A DNA stretch of 50,984 bases from contig RGCW01000004.1 of assembly GCA_009919005.1 (NCBI GenBank), positions 1 to 50,984 of the forward strand, in the 5' to 3' direction. The stretch's first letter is position 1. Each line of letters starts with the position of its first letter. Below the pieces are notes generated by a model. It was given only the letters and a program-made list of their open reading frames with translations. It did not search any database and was not told the DNA's origin. The translations under genes were made by a program, and so were the position numbers. This DNA comes from Candidatus Aquidulcis sp. Lineage in GTDB: Bacteria > Chloroflexota > Limnocylindria > Limnocylindrales > Limnocylindraceae. Shown here piece after piece: positions 1-9,709 of the stretch.

Positions 1-831
1 GAGCAGCTCCTGCACATCATCGCGCTCCTCTTTGGTCATCAGTCGCAAGATCTCTTTGCGGCTGAGTGGTGAGAGCTCAGCGACAGCATCTGCCGCCTCG
101 TCCGGACTCATCTCTTCCAACAGATCGGCGGCACGCTCCGGCTCCAGGTCTTCCAACAGATCGGTTCGTGTCTCAGGCTCCAACTCTTCAAGTGCCTCCG
201 CTGCAACCTCTTCGTCGAGCGTGTTGAAGATGTCGGCACGGTCACGTGGAGTGAGCTGGTCAACAATCGTTGCCAAGTCGGCTGGATGTAACTCGGAGAG
301 GCCGGCGTGTGGCACGCGCAGGCGTACACTGGCGATCGTTGAACCGAGTGGGTCAACATCCTCCCAGTCGATGTATGACGCGACGCGAGACTGTTCGCCC
401 GAGAGTCGCTCCACCCAGGAATCGGGTAGGCCGAGTCGGCGCAGCAATCCAGCGGTCCCTACGTCGACGGCGACGAGACGCATCGCCCCCTCAACAAAGT
501 CGAGGATCACATCGTTCGCGCGCACCACTTTGCGACCGTCGATGTCGACGATCTGCTTATCGAGGAGGTCGCCCTTGAGCAGGATTTCGTCATCGCGGCG
601 GCGGAAGCGGCTGATATTGATACGGGTGGCCGAGATCGTGGCTCCAGCAGCATCCATTCGCTCCACGCTGCTCCAGCCCAGGTAGATGCGGCGGCGCCCT
701 GTACGCACCACGAGCCCAGTGATCGGAGGGTGGCTCGTCCCCACGGCGGCGATCAGGTCGTCGATGACGCCGATCGCGTCGGCACTATTGTCGCGGACTG
801 GTCGTCCGATCAGTCGAGAAAGGTGGAGCAT
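1..831 (-). CDS. mgtE: Magnesium transporter MgtE, N-terminal part (PRC-barrel-like + MgtE_N); runs off the left edge
   Basis: Not in the ORF track. My translation from ATG 831: MLHLSRLIGRPVRD...LLDKQIVDIDGRKVVRAND...LHPADLATIVDQL...AADLLEEMSPDEAADAVAEL. LHPAD and DEAAD are typical of MgtE_N. GGAGG lies upstream. Confidence 0.85.
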   Translation of the reverse strand, partial: MLHLSRLIGRPVRDNSADAIGVIDDLIAAVGTSHPPITGLVVRTGRRRIYLGWSSVERMDAAGATISATRINISRFRRRDDEILLKGDLLDKQIVDIDGRKVVRANDVILDFVEGAMRLVAVDVGTAGLLRRLGLPDSWVERLSGEQSRVASYIDWEDVDPLGSTIASVRLRVPHAGLSELHPADLATIVDQLTPRDRADIFNTLDEEVAAEALEELEPETRTDLLEDLEPERAADLLEEMSPDEAADAVAELSPLSRKEILRLMTKEERDDVQELL

Positions 832-912
832 GTTGCCCTCCATTACCCTGCGCCGGCTCCTGCGGTCACGAGGAGTCTACGCGGGAGCCCTTGCTCGCGC
901 TACCCTGACCCT

Positions 913-1809
913 ATGAGTCAATCGACATCGGCCCGTCGTCGCGCCCGTTCGCTCGCGACCACTCGCCTTACCGCCCTCACCGACACCGCCGCAGAGTTCG
1001 GAGAGGTTGAGGTGTCACGCCCCTGGGCCGAAACCATCGTCGCGGTCGCAGTCGCAGCCGGGGTCGCACACTTCGCCACAGGCCCCGGAACCGTCTTGGC
1101 GGGCGCCGCCGCGGCGCTGCTCGGCGCGGTCGGGGTGAACGCTGTCCGACGGTCGGAGGTCCGTGACCTACCGATCGGCTCGGAGGTGGTGCTCGGTGCC
1201 CTCGTCGCCCTCTCGATCGCGGGCATTGTGCGCCTTGTCCCCACGGGGATCGCGATGGTGATCGAGATCGTAGTCGGGATCGTGATCTTGCGAGCCGTGA
1301 TTGAGTGGCAGTTACGTCTCCGTCGGAGTAGTAATGGGTCACTCCATCGTGACCGTGTGGCCAGCTTGGCCCTCTTCACCCTTGTGCTGTTTGCCGCCTC
1401 CGTAGGGATCACCGCGCTAGTCCCTGGGATCGTGACGCTCCCTGGAACTCCGTCGGCACGTCCAGATCCCGTCGGACCACTAGCGATCCTGGCTGTCGGC
1501 ATCGGCAGCGCGGCCGTTGCCGCCGTTCTTGCTGCGAGCATGTCGAACCTTCGCCGCGAGCGCACCTCGGCGATCGTGCGCGATGCCTTGGGTGCCGCAG
1601 CACTGAATGGTGCCGCCTCCATTCTGTTCGCCACCGTCGGCGTTGCTCGACTTGCGGGACCAGCAGGGCTCGCGGTCCTCTTCTATGCCCGCGAGATCTG
1701 GGCTGCGACCCCGGACGGGGAGCGCCGCGACCCACGGTTGATCTTCGAAATCATTGCTCTCACGCTCGCGACGGGGGTCGCCCTGATCTGGATTGGGGTC
1801 GGTCGCTAG
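913..1809 (+). CDS. Uncharacterised multi-pass membrane protein
   Basis: About 9 hydrophobic segments. ATG 913 lies 6 nt after TACCCT (901-906), suggesting a leaderless start. The longer track ORF from 730 overlaps mgtE. Confidence 0.7.
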   Translation: MSQSTSARRRARSLATTRLTALTDTAAEFGEVEVSRPWAETIVAVAVAAGVAHFATGPGTVLAGAAAALLGAVGVNAVRRSEVRDLPIGSEVVLGALVALSIAGIVRLVPTGIAMVIEIVVGIVILRAVIEWQLRLRRSSNGSLHRDRVASLALFTLVLFAASVGITALVPGIVTLPGTPSARPDPVGPLAILAVGIGSAAVAAVLAASMSNLRRERTSAIVRDALGAAALNGAASILFATVGVARLAGPAGLAVLFYAREIWAATPDGERRDPRLIFEIIALTLATGVALIWIGVGR

Positions 1810-1878
1810 CGATCGGCTATCCTTCCGCCACGGCAGAGCGGGGGAATTGCCCGCATGCACCGCATTGAGGAGGAGCCT

Positions 1879-2754
1879 GTGACCCTCGCCAACGAGACCC
1901 CCACCACCCAGAAGCCGAGCCGCACCGCCAAGGAGCAGGCGGAGATCGCGCTGAAGGCGGCCGCCGAAGGGCGTTGGAAGGATGCGAGCGAAGCGAACGC
2001 CGCCATTCTCGCGCTGGGTGACGCCATAAAGGTTGAGGAGCGCGTTGAGGCGCAGAATCGACTCGCGAAATGCCTCTGGGAGCTAGGCGATCTTGCGGGT
2101 TCCAAAAAGGAGTACCAGACCACCCTTGCACTCGACCCACTGAACCGCATTGCTGAGCGCAACCTCGAGCGCCTGAAGGGCCTCATCAAGCAGGTGGGGA
2201 AGAAGACCTCTGCAAGCAGCGAGGGGGCAACCACCCCCGCTGGCATCTTTATTCAGGAGGCCGGCACCACCGGATTCGCCGCACTTACCCACGTCGCCGA
2301 CGCCGGGACGCTGGCACAGGTCAATCCTGGTGATGCGGTTGAGCTGATCGTGCTGGGAAATCGCTTGATCGCCAAGGCGAACGGCGTTGAGATCGGGCGT
2401 GTTGAGCCGCGAATCGCGGCGCGTCTCGTCAAGTTGATCGGTGATGGAAACACCTACACCTCAGGAATCACCTCAATCAGTGGCGGCGACATCCGCATCA
2501 TCATTCGAGAAGAGCACGTCAGCGCTGGGAACGTCGGGAAGGTTTCGTTCCCGACGGCCACCCGAACGAGCGATGAGCGTCCCTATACCAAGGGTTCCTT
2601 CTTCCGCGAAGATGAGGGCTTCAGTGATGATGACGAGGAATCCTACGAAGAGGAGACGCCGATTGTGGAGCGACCGAGCGTTGAGCCGCCAGAGAAGACA
2701 TCGGATGATGCCTTCTTGCCCGAAAGCGAAGAGGCAGGCAGCAACGACGAGTAG
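1879..2754 (+). CDS. TPR protein with HIRAN-like C-terminal domain and acidic tail
   Basis: TPR pattern AQNRLAKCLWELGDLAGSKKEYQTTLALDPLN; then PGDAVEL...GVEIGRVEPRIAARLVKLIGDGNTY; D/E-rich tail. GTG start after AGGAGG. Confidence 0.75.
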   Translation: MTLANETPTTQKPSRTAKEQAEIALKAAAEGRWKDASEANAAILALGDAIKVEERVEAQNRLAKCLWELGDLAGSKKEYQTTLALDPLNRIAERNLERLKGLIKQVGKKTSASSEGATTPAGIFIQEAGTTGFAALTHVADAGTLAQVNPGDAVELIVLGNRLIAKANGVEIGRVEPRIAARLVKLIGDGNTYTSGITSISGGDIRIIIREEHVSAGNVGKVSFPTATRTSDERPYTKGSFFREDEGFSDDDEESYEEETPIVERPSVEPPEKTSDDAFLPESEEAGSNDE

Positions 2755-2772
2755 CTGAGCGAGTCGGAGGGC

Positions 2773-5115
2773 GTGCACGTGGATCGTAGCGCCGCCCGAT
2801 TCGCCGCCGCACTCGCACCAGCCTCTCCAGCTGACCCTTCGTTTGCTGCAGGCAGTTTGACCGTCGACTTAACGGCCCAGAGCGCTGCGCTGGCACGTGC
2901 CAGCGTGCGATATCAGTACCGCACCCTCCTTCATGCGCGTGATGCCGTTGATGAGTGGGCGATCGCGACAGAACTGCGTCCACCAACGGTGCGGGCCTAC
3001 GAGGCTGCCACCGCCGCCCTTCTCGCCTCGGCCACACCAGCGCTTGAAGAGGGATGGCAGAGCACGTGTGCTGCGTGTGGGCAGTCCGTACGCGTCGCCG
3101 CCTGGCGATGGGAGGATCCTTTCGACGCGGATCGTGACCATGCCCAGCCAACGGCTCGTCGCGCCACCTGTGCCGCCTGTCGTGCCCTTGGGCGTCGTGG
3201 CGGCGACGCTGCCACGATCCCCTCTGGCGAGTCTGTTCGCGCGACCCCCTTGGAGCCAGAGGTGCGCGCTCAGGTGGAGGCTCGCTTTGCTGGAGCGACG
3301 GATGGTGCCGCCGAGCGTTGGAGCACCCGTCAGCTGCGCGCACTCCAGGCGATGAGTCGCGCACTGGAGGGTTCGACGGAGAGTGCCGTGATGCTCGCCG
3401 CACTCCGACTCACGCTGACCGAAGCGGCAGCAACCATGGCGCGACCGCAGCGATCAGGGCGCTCGTGGTGGGAGGTCGCCCCGTGGCAGGCGATGCTCGA
3501 AGCGATCGAAACCCGTCGACGAATCTATTTGACGGCGCAGTCGCTCCCTCCTCAGCTGACGATGAGCAGTGATCTCTCAGCGCTCTCGTACCCGGGAGCG
3601 GGCGCCATCCTCCTTCGCGGTGGTGCTTCATCACGCACTTCGCTTGCTTCGCTCATCGCTCGTACGCCGTCGGTAGCCGTTGCCTGCGTGCGGATCTGCG
3701 TTGGAGGGAGTTCGGAGGAGCGGATTGACCGCGCTGTTGCAGCACGCTGGGCCGGGGAGGTGAGTGAGGGTGACCCACTGCAGATCGCGCTGCAGTCCAA
3801 TGATGCCGCCACCATTGCCGCGGCGCTCGCACGGCTAATCGTGACCATGGATCCACTCATTCGACAGCGGCCACGACTGGTGATTGATCTTGATGATCAT
3901 CCAGAGCAGATCGCGGGCGTGTTGACCGCGGTGCGTCTCGCTGGTGCCGTTGGCGACGTTTCCCGTCGACGTGATGATGAGCGCCCCGGACTCACGATCT
4001 CCGTGCGCTTTGATGCGTCGCCCGAGCGCCCCTCGCGGACTTCAAGCCAGATTGCACTAATCAGCGATCTGGTTGTGGCCCATGGTGAGCCGGTGACGGC
4101 GCGACAACTGCTTCCCGCGTATGCGGCAGTGCGAGTTCGCGAAGCCCATGCCTCTGGTGAACTGCTTGATCCCGCAGCCTTTCTCGCTGACCTGCAGCGA
4201 TGTAGTGATATTCATGCGACGCTCCGCCCAACAGGATCATTTGATCAACTGATTGCGCTGGCGGAGGGTCGAATCTTCGTGGAGGCTCGCGCTGAGCGAG
4301 AGCGACTCGCCTCACCCGCCACGGATCGAGTCGATGCCGCCGTGTGGGCGCTCGTCGCCGATCTTGGGCGTGAAGATCGTGCCGACGAGGCGCTGGTCGC
4401 CCTCGATGCCGACCCGATCGGAGTCTCTTCCGAGATGCGATCTGCCTTGCTCGACGCCTACACCGTCGTCTCCGAAGAGGTGCGCACGCCGCGCGCATCG
4501 CAAGCTGATCTCGCCGACGAACGGCTGATGAATCTGGCGGGACTCCTTGAACTTGGGCCGCGCATGGGGCTCTATACCGCGGTCTCACCGTCGCTGGCCG
4601 ACCGTGTCGTTGCGGGCCGGTCGCTCGGAGCGCGCACCACCATTGACCCAATCGACGCATCGCCTCCATTGCGCACTCGCTCGGATCGAGGGGCCTTCGA
4701 TGCGGTTGATGTGATCCTGTATCGACGCGGTCGAGTCGTCTTGCTCTGCGAAGTGATTACGGGTCCACTCCCTCTTGGTGATCTCCTGCTCAACCAACAT
4801 GCGCGGATCGCGAGCGATCCTGAAGTTGTGCGCCTTCTTCTGCTCGCACCCGCGCTCGTTCCGCTGTTGCAAGCGCGCCTCGCAGCAGATGAGCGACTTG
4901 CCGCGGCGTGGGAGTCGGGAAATTGGCACCTGCTTGCCACTGATCGTATTGCGGCGTTGTCTCGCCTCCCGGCGCCGCGGCTCGCTGACCTAGAGGGTCA
5001 CCTTGGTGCTGAGCCACCACAGCGCCAGGCTGCGCAACTTGACCTCAGCTCGCTTGGTTGGGATGGTTCACAATCACGGCAGCATCAAGGGGGAGATCAT
5101 GAACCTACCGAATGA
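2773..5115 (+). CDS. Degenerate Zn-ribbon DNA-methyltransferase-like protein with C-terminal PD-(D/E)xK-like segment
   Basis: 780 aa with two CxxC motifs (TCAACG, TCAAC). No FxGxG or DPPY motif visible. C-terminal DVILY...LCEV. Family assignment is from remembered resemblance only. Confidence 0.5.
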   Translation: MHVDRSAARFAAALAPASPADPSFAAGSLTVDLTAQSAALARASVRYQYRTLLHARDAVDEWAIATELRPPTVRAYEAATAALLASATPALEEGWQSTCAACGQSVRVAAWRWEDPFDADRDHAQPTARRATCAACRALGRRGGDAATIPSGESVRATPLEPEVRAQVEARFAGATDGAAERWSTRQLRALQAMSRALEGSTESAVMLAALRLTLTEAAATMARPQRSGRSWWEVAPWQAMLEAIETRRRIYLTAQSLPPQLTMSSDLSALSYPGAGAILLRGGASSRTSLASLIARTPSVAVACVRICVGGSSEERIDRAVAARWAGEVSEGDPLQIALQSNDAATIAAALARLIVTMDPLIRQRPRLVIDLDDHPEQIAGVLTAVRLAGAVGDVSRRRDDERPGLTISVRFDASPERPSRTSSQIALISDLVVAHGEPVTARQLLPAYAAVRVREAHASGELLDPAAFLADLQRCSDIHATLRPTGSFDQLIALAEGRIFVEARAERERLASPATDRVDAAVWALVADLGREDRADEALVALDADPIGVSSEMRSALLDAYTVVSEEVRTPRASQADLADERLMNLAGLLELGPRMGLYTAVSPSLADRVVAGRSLGARTTIDPIDASPPLRTRSDRGAFDAVDVILYRRGRVVLLCEVITGPLPLGDLLLNQHARIASDPEVVRLLLLAPALVPLLQARLAADERLAAAWESGNWHLLATDRIAALSRLPAPRLADLEGHLGAEPPQRQAAQLDLSSLGWDGSQSRQHQGGDHEPTE

Positions 5116-5554
5116 GGTGCTCGAGGCACTCTTTTTCGCAGCCACCGTCGGCGTCGGACCATTCTGGATCCTGATGGCGTTGCGCCCTCACGCGACGGCA
5201 ACTCGGCGGGTGATGATCACGCCGTGGCCGGTGATCGCGCTTGCGCTGGTGTACGCCGTGCTCGTCCTTCCAAACCTTGGAGCGATCCTCGGCACGCTGG
5301 CGAATCCAACACTGAGCGCGATCGCCACGTCGCTGGCGACTCCAGCGGGGAGCCTTGCGGTGTGGCTCCACGTGCTTGCGTTTGACCTAATCGTCGGGCG
5401 CTTCATCTGGCTCGACGGCCTTGAGCGTGGAGTTGGTGCACCGCTGCGCATCGCCTCGTTGGCGCTCGCGTTACTCATTGGCCCGATCGGACTCCTCGTC
5501 CACCTCGCCCTGCGCCCCCGCGACCCCCGATCGGGCTCCCAGGCCGTATCCTGA
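5099..5554 (+). CDS. ABA4-like (DUF4281) membrane protein
   Basis: PFWILMAL.P and WLHVLAFDLIVGRFIWLDG motifs; GGGAG RBS. Confidence 0.85.
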   Translation: MNLPNEVLEALFFAATVGVGPFWILMALRPHATATRRVMITPWPVIALALVYAVLVLPNLGAILGTLANPTLSAIATSLATPAGSLAVWLHVLAFDLIVGRFIWLDGLERGVGAPLRIASLALALLIGPIGLLVHLALRPRDPRSGSQAVS

Positions 5555-5614
5555 GCGTGACGCGCTCAGCACTTGGGCGCACGAGTCCCGGGACCCCGGG
5601 GAGGAGCCATCACG

Positions 5615-7303
5615 ATGTCGAAGCCACTCTCAGTCAACGACCAGGCGGTGAAGACCCTCGCGGACGACCTGTGGAAGGAGATGCTCTCCCACTCGCCGAT
5701 CTGGGGAACCTTCCTTGGGATTGAGGTTGACGACGGAGCACTCGATGACACCTCTGATGCTGCTCGCCTGCGCGATCGCGCCATGTGGGAGAAGTATTCA
5801 AAGGCGGCGAAGGCGATCGGTGATGACGGGCTCGATGTTGAGTGGAAGATCACGCGTGACCTGATCGCCGTTGGTGGCTCCATCGCCATCGAGAAGGACG
5901 ATCACCGCATGGACCTCCTCGCCTCCGTTGATCACATGGACGGCGTCCAGACGTTGCTCCCACAGCTAGCCACCTTCCAAGACGCAAAGAGCCCCGAGAA
6001 GTTCGCCAAGCTCGTGAGCCGACTCAAGGCCTTCCCGAAGTTTATGGACGACGCGATCGCGCGCGTCCATGAGGCGGAGAAGCGCGGGCTAACCGCCTCC
6101 AAGATTTCAACGGAGCGACTCATCGCCCAGCTTGAAGGCTTGATGGCGATCCCTGCCGATCAGTCACCGATCGTTACCGCAGCGAACGTTGCGGGTGATG
6201 CGGAACGTGCGGAGCTCGCCACGATCGTCGCCGAGTACGTCGACCCACAGATCAAGCGCTATTACGAGGCGGTCAGCGGTAGCTACCGATCCAAGGCGCG
6301 GGAGGTGCCAGGACTCTGCTCCGCACCAAACGGCGCCGAACTCTATCGCGTCGCGATCCGCAGCTGGACGGGCCTGCAGCTCGACCCGAAAGAGCTCCAC
6401 GAGATTGGCCTTCAGGAGTGGGCCGACATTCAGGAGGAGATGAAGGTCATCTCCACAAAGCTCGGCTTCGGCGGCTCGATCGAAAAGTTGCGCGATGCCG
6501 CGGAGAGCGACCCGACCAACGTCGCACCTTCGAAAGAGGCGCTGATCGTCCGCATCAAGGAAGACATTGATCGCGGCTACGCTGCCGCCGGCAAGGTTTT
6601 CGGGCGGTTCCCAAAAGCGGGCTGTGATGTGAAGGCGGTAGAGGACTTCAAAGAGAAGGATGCGCCAGCGGCGTACTACTTCAGCCCGGCGGCCGATGGT
6701 TCGCGCCCTGGCACCTACTACGTGAACGGCTACGATCTGCCGTCGCGCTTCTTGCACGCCCTTGCACCAACGACCTATCACGAGGCCATCCCAGGCCACC
6801 ACTTCCAGATCGCGCTTGAGATGGAGCTGGAGTTCTTGCCAGACCTGCGCAAGCATGCCTCACACTTGGCGGGGAACGCCTATGTCGAGGGTTGGGGCCT
6901 CTATTCGGAGCGACTCGCCGACGAGCTCGGCCTCTATCGCAACGAGATGGAGCGCTTCGGCATGCTGCAGGGTCAGGCACACCGCGCGGCGCGTCTCGTC
7001 GTCGACACCGGCCTCCACGCCTTCGGCTGGAGCCGTGACAAGGGGGTCGAGTTCATGGAGTCCGTGGGGCTACCTCGAACCGACGCGGAGATCGAGACCG
7101 ATCGCTACATCGCCTGGCCGGCTCAGGCGCTCTGCTACAAGGTTGGGCAGCGTGCCATTCAGCGCACGCGCGCCGCGATCGAGAAGCGAGACGGCGACAA
7201 GTTCGACATCAAGTCATTCCACGATCACGCGATCGGTCACGGCCAGATTCCGCTCCCGGTCTTTGAAGCCGAGATGCCGAACTGGGTGAAGCCAAGGGCA
7301 TGA
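5615..7303 (+). CDS. DUF885 family protein (metallopeptidase-like)
   Basis: HEAIPGHHFQ, EGWGLYSE, RAARLVVDTGLH and PAQALCYKVG motifs; GGAGGAG RBS. Confidence 0.9.
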   Translation: MSKPLSVNDQAVKTLADDLWKEMLSHSPIWGTFLGIEVDDGALDDTSDAARLRDRAMWEKYSKAAKAIGDDGLDVEWKITRDLIAVGGSIAIEKDDHRMDLLASVDHMDGVQTLLPQLATFQDAKSPEKFAKLVSRLKAFPKFMDDAIARVHEAEKRGLTASKISTERLIAQLEGLMAIPADQSPIVTAANVAGDAERAELATIVAEYVDPQIKRYYEAVSGSYRSKAREVPGLCSAPNGAELYRVAIRSWTGLQLDPKELHEIGLQEWADIQEEMKVISTKLGFGGSIEKLRDAAESDPTNVAPSKEALIVRIKEDIDRGYAAAGKVFGRFPKAGCDVKAVEDFKEKDAPAAYYFSPAADGSRPGTYYVNGYDLPSRFLHALAPTTYHEAIPGHHFQIALEMELEFLPDLRKHASHLAGNAYVEGWGLYSERLADELGLYRNEMERFGMLQGQAHRAARLVVDTGLHAFGWSRDKGVEFMESVGLPRTDAEIETDRYIAWPAQALCYKVGQRAIQRTRAAIEKRDGDKFDIKSFHDHAIGHGQIPLPVFEAEMPNWVKPRA

Positions 7304-8232
7304 GTACCGCTGGGGGAACCGCGGGCGCGGCCCGCGGAACCTCCCGGCGAACGGTCGGCATCCTCTGCGCGATCGGTGCCTCAGTCGCCTGGGGCCTCGG
7401 TTCTACGACATCGGATTACGTCCTATCGGCGGGAGTAGGAAACGACACCTTCCTCGTGATCGAGTTGGGCGTCGGTTGCTTGGTGCTCCTCTTGCTCGGT
7501 GCCCTTCGTGGCGAGCTGGGCGGCTTTAGGCATCCTGGCCTGTTTCGTGCATCGTCCACGGGACTGATTGAGCCGTGGGGGGCGTATACCCTGGGTAATG
7601 TTGGGATCATCTTCTCTAGTGGGGCCTTTGTTGCCCTTGTCTCATCTCTGAATCCCGTTTTGGTCGCTCTGCTGGCCGCCCCATATCTTGGCGAGCGGGT
7701 GAGCCGTCGCGCTGCACTCCTCATGGTGATCTCAATCCTCGGCGTAAGCCTTGTCGTCGGCGGTGCAGGCGCGGCAGGAACGCTGCAACCGTTCGGCATC
7801 ATCTTTGCCATCCTCGGCCTCTTCTGCGGCGCCGCCTACGTGCTCATCTCGTCCAAGTTGGTGCGCACCGTGCCGATCTTGCCTCTTGTCGCCTCACAGC
7901 TGTTTGTCGCTGCACTGGCATCGCTCGCCGTCCTTGCCGTTCGAGTCACCGCGCTCAACGGAGATGTGCAGCTCCCGAGCACCACCCTGCAGTGGATCGT
8001 CTCGGTGGCGACCGGGATCTTTGGTGGTGCCGCGCCGTTCATCTTGTACCTCGAGGCGACACGACGAATCCCTACCACCACCGTCAGTCAATTCACCACG
8101 CTGGTTCCCGTGATCGCACTCATCGGTGGCGTGATCGTTTTGAACGATGTGACCACGCCGATCCAACTCGTAGGCACCGCCATCGTGGTGGCGGCACTCT
8201 CGCTGCTCGCCCGCTACGCTCGAGCGCATTGA
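7300..8232 (+). CDS. EamA/DMT family transporter
   Basis: About 10 TM segments in two repeats; LGERVS motif; ATGA overlap with the previous gene. Confidence 0.85.
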   Translation: MSTAGGTAGAARGTSRRTVGILCAIGASVAWGLGSTTSDYVLSAGVGNDTFLVIELGVGCLVLLLLGALRGELGGFRHPGLFRASSTGLIEPWGAYTLGNVGIIFSSGAFVALVSSLNPVLVALLAAPYLGERVSRRAALLMVISILGVSLVVGGAGAAGTLQPFGIIFAILGLFCGAAYVLISSKLVRTVPILPLVASQLFVAALASLAVLAVRVTALNGDVQLPSTTLQWIVSVATGIFGGAAPFILYLEATRRIPTTTVSQFTTLVPVIALIGGVIVLNDVTTPIQLVGTAIVVAALSLLARYARAH

Positions 8233-8233
8233 G

Positions 8234-8815
8234 ATGGACGCTTTTCTGCTCTCAGCAGGGGTGATCTTCATCGCTGAGCTGGGCGATAAGAGCCAGCTCA
8301 TGGCTATGGCATTCGCTGCTCGCTACCGATTCTGGCCGGTCATGATCGGGATCACAGGAGCGACCCTGCTTGTTCACGCGGGGTCTGTCTTCATCGGGCG
8401 ACTTGCTGCAAGTGCACTCCCGGTCGATGCCATCAACCTTGCAGCTGGGGCTTCGTATCTGGGGTTCGCGGTCTGGACGCTGCGCGGAGATGAGTTGGGC
8501 GATGACGATCAGGAGAGAGCCACACGGGGTGGGCGGTGGGCCATCCTGGCGATCGGCACCTCGTTCTTCCTCTCGGAGCTCGGTGACAAGACGATGTTGG
8601 CCACCGTCACCCTTGGCGCTACGAACGAGCCGATCGGTACCTGGCTCGGCTCCACGGCAGGGATGGTGCTCGCCGATGCCCTCGCAGTGGGAGCTGGAAC
8701 GCTGCTCGCTATGCGAATTGCCCCGCGCACGATCGCGCGTTTGGCCGCCGCGTCATTCGTGATCTTTGGCCTGCTCTTGCTCTATGAGGGGGTTCGCGGG
8801 CTTCTCGGCACTTAA
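8234..8815 (+). CDS. UPF0016/GDT1/TMEM165 family cation (Mn2+/Ca2+) transporter
   Basis: Two ExGDK(S/T) motifs: ELGDKSQ and ELGDKTM. Confidence 0.92.
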   Translation: MDAFLLSAGVIFIAELGDKSQLMAMAFAARYRFWPVMIGITGATLLVHAGSVFIGRLAASALPVDAINLAAGASYLGFAVWTLRGDELGDDDQERATRGGRWAILAIGTSFFLSELGDKTMLATVTLGATNEPIGTWLGSTAGMVLADALAVGAGTLLAMRIAPRTIARLAAASFVIFGLLLLYEGVRGLLGT

Positions 8816-9705
8816 CGCGCGATGATGGCGCGGAGGATCGCCGCGAACTTGTGACCGCGCTCGACCACCGGACGATGCGGCCGAAGGCGACCGAAGCCGT
8901 CGCGCTCAACCTGCCGCAGGATCTCTCGATAGAGGTAGGCCGCGACGCGAATGGCACGCCCGCCATGACGTAAGTATCGAATCCCGTCTATCCCGCGGGC
9001 ATAGGCGGCGTCCGCGAGTGCGATCTGCTCCACGAGCAGGGCGCGTCGATCTCCATCTCGCAGCGAGTTGGATCCAGTTGTCGCCGTTGGGCTGAGGCCC
9101 GAACGCATAAGTGCGGCGGCGGGGAGGTAGATCCGGCCGTTGGCAAGGTCCTCATCGATATCACGCACGATGTTAGTTCGCTGCATCGCCTCGCCAAGTG
9201 CTCGAGCCGCATCGTCGGCGGCCAGTTCATCACCCGTTCGCACTCCGAGCAGTGCAGCCATGAGCCTGCCCACGGTACCGGCCACCTGGTAGCAGTAGAG
9301 ATCAAGATCGGCGTCCGAGCTGAGTTGTGGGCCCGTGAGGTCTCGCTCCATCCCGTCCAAGAAGGCGCCAATTGCATCAATGGGGAGCTGCGGCGTACGT
9401 CGATGAAGGTCGGAGAGGATGGCCAGCTCATCACCGCCCGCGGGATCAAGCACCCCTGTGGTCGTCCATTGCCGAATGGCGGCGAGTCGTCGGTGTGCAT
9501 CATCGCGTTGCGCGGCGCCAGCACGCGCCTCTAGGTCGACGAGATCGTCAAGTCGTCGCAATGCGAGATAGAGGAGATTGATGTCGTCACGCACCTCAGC
9601 GGGGAGAAAGGTAGCGGCCCGCGAGAAACTGCGCGCTACGCGGTTGATGGTACGAGCGGCCTCGGGGAGGAGCGCTTCAACGCGCGGATCGCGCGGTATC
9701 GGCAT
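8812..9705 (-). CDS. crtB: Phytoene synthase
   Basis: ARSF, RRLDDLVD, YCYQVAGTVG and TNIVRDIDED...GRIYLP motifs. ATG 9705 lies 4 nt after the crtI stop; alternative GTG start at 9747. Confidence 0.9.
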   Translation of the reverse strand: MPIPRDPRVEALLPEAARTINRVARSFSRAATFLPAEVRDDINLLYLALRRLDDLVDLEARAGAAQRDDAHRRLAAIRQWTTTGVLDPAGGDELAILSDLHRRTPQLPIDAIGAFLDGMERDLTGPQLSSDADLDLYCYQVAGTVGRLMAALLGVRTGDELAADDAARALGEAMQRTNIVRDIDEDLANGRIYLPAAALMRSGLSPTATTGSNSLRDGDRRALLVEQIALADAAYARGIDGIRYLRHGGRAIRVAAYLYREILRQVERDGFGRLRPHRPVVERGHKFAAILRAIIAR

Positions 9706-9709
9706 CGCC

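Noticed and set aside
832-912. M-box riboswitch before mgtE, and a yybP-ykoY riboswitch before the UPF0016 gene
   Set aside because: The gaps are 81 bp and 1 bp respectively; there is no room and no signature.
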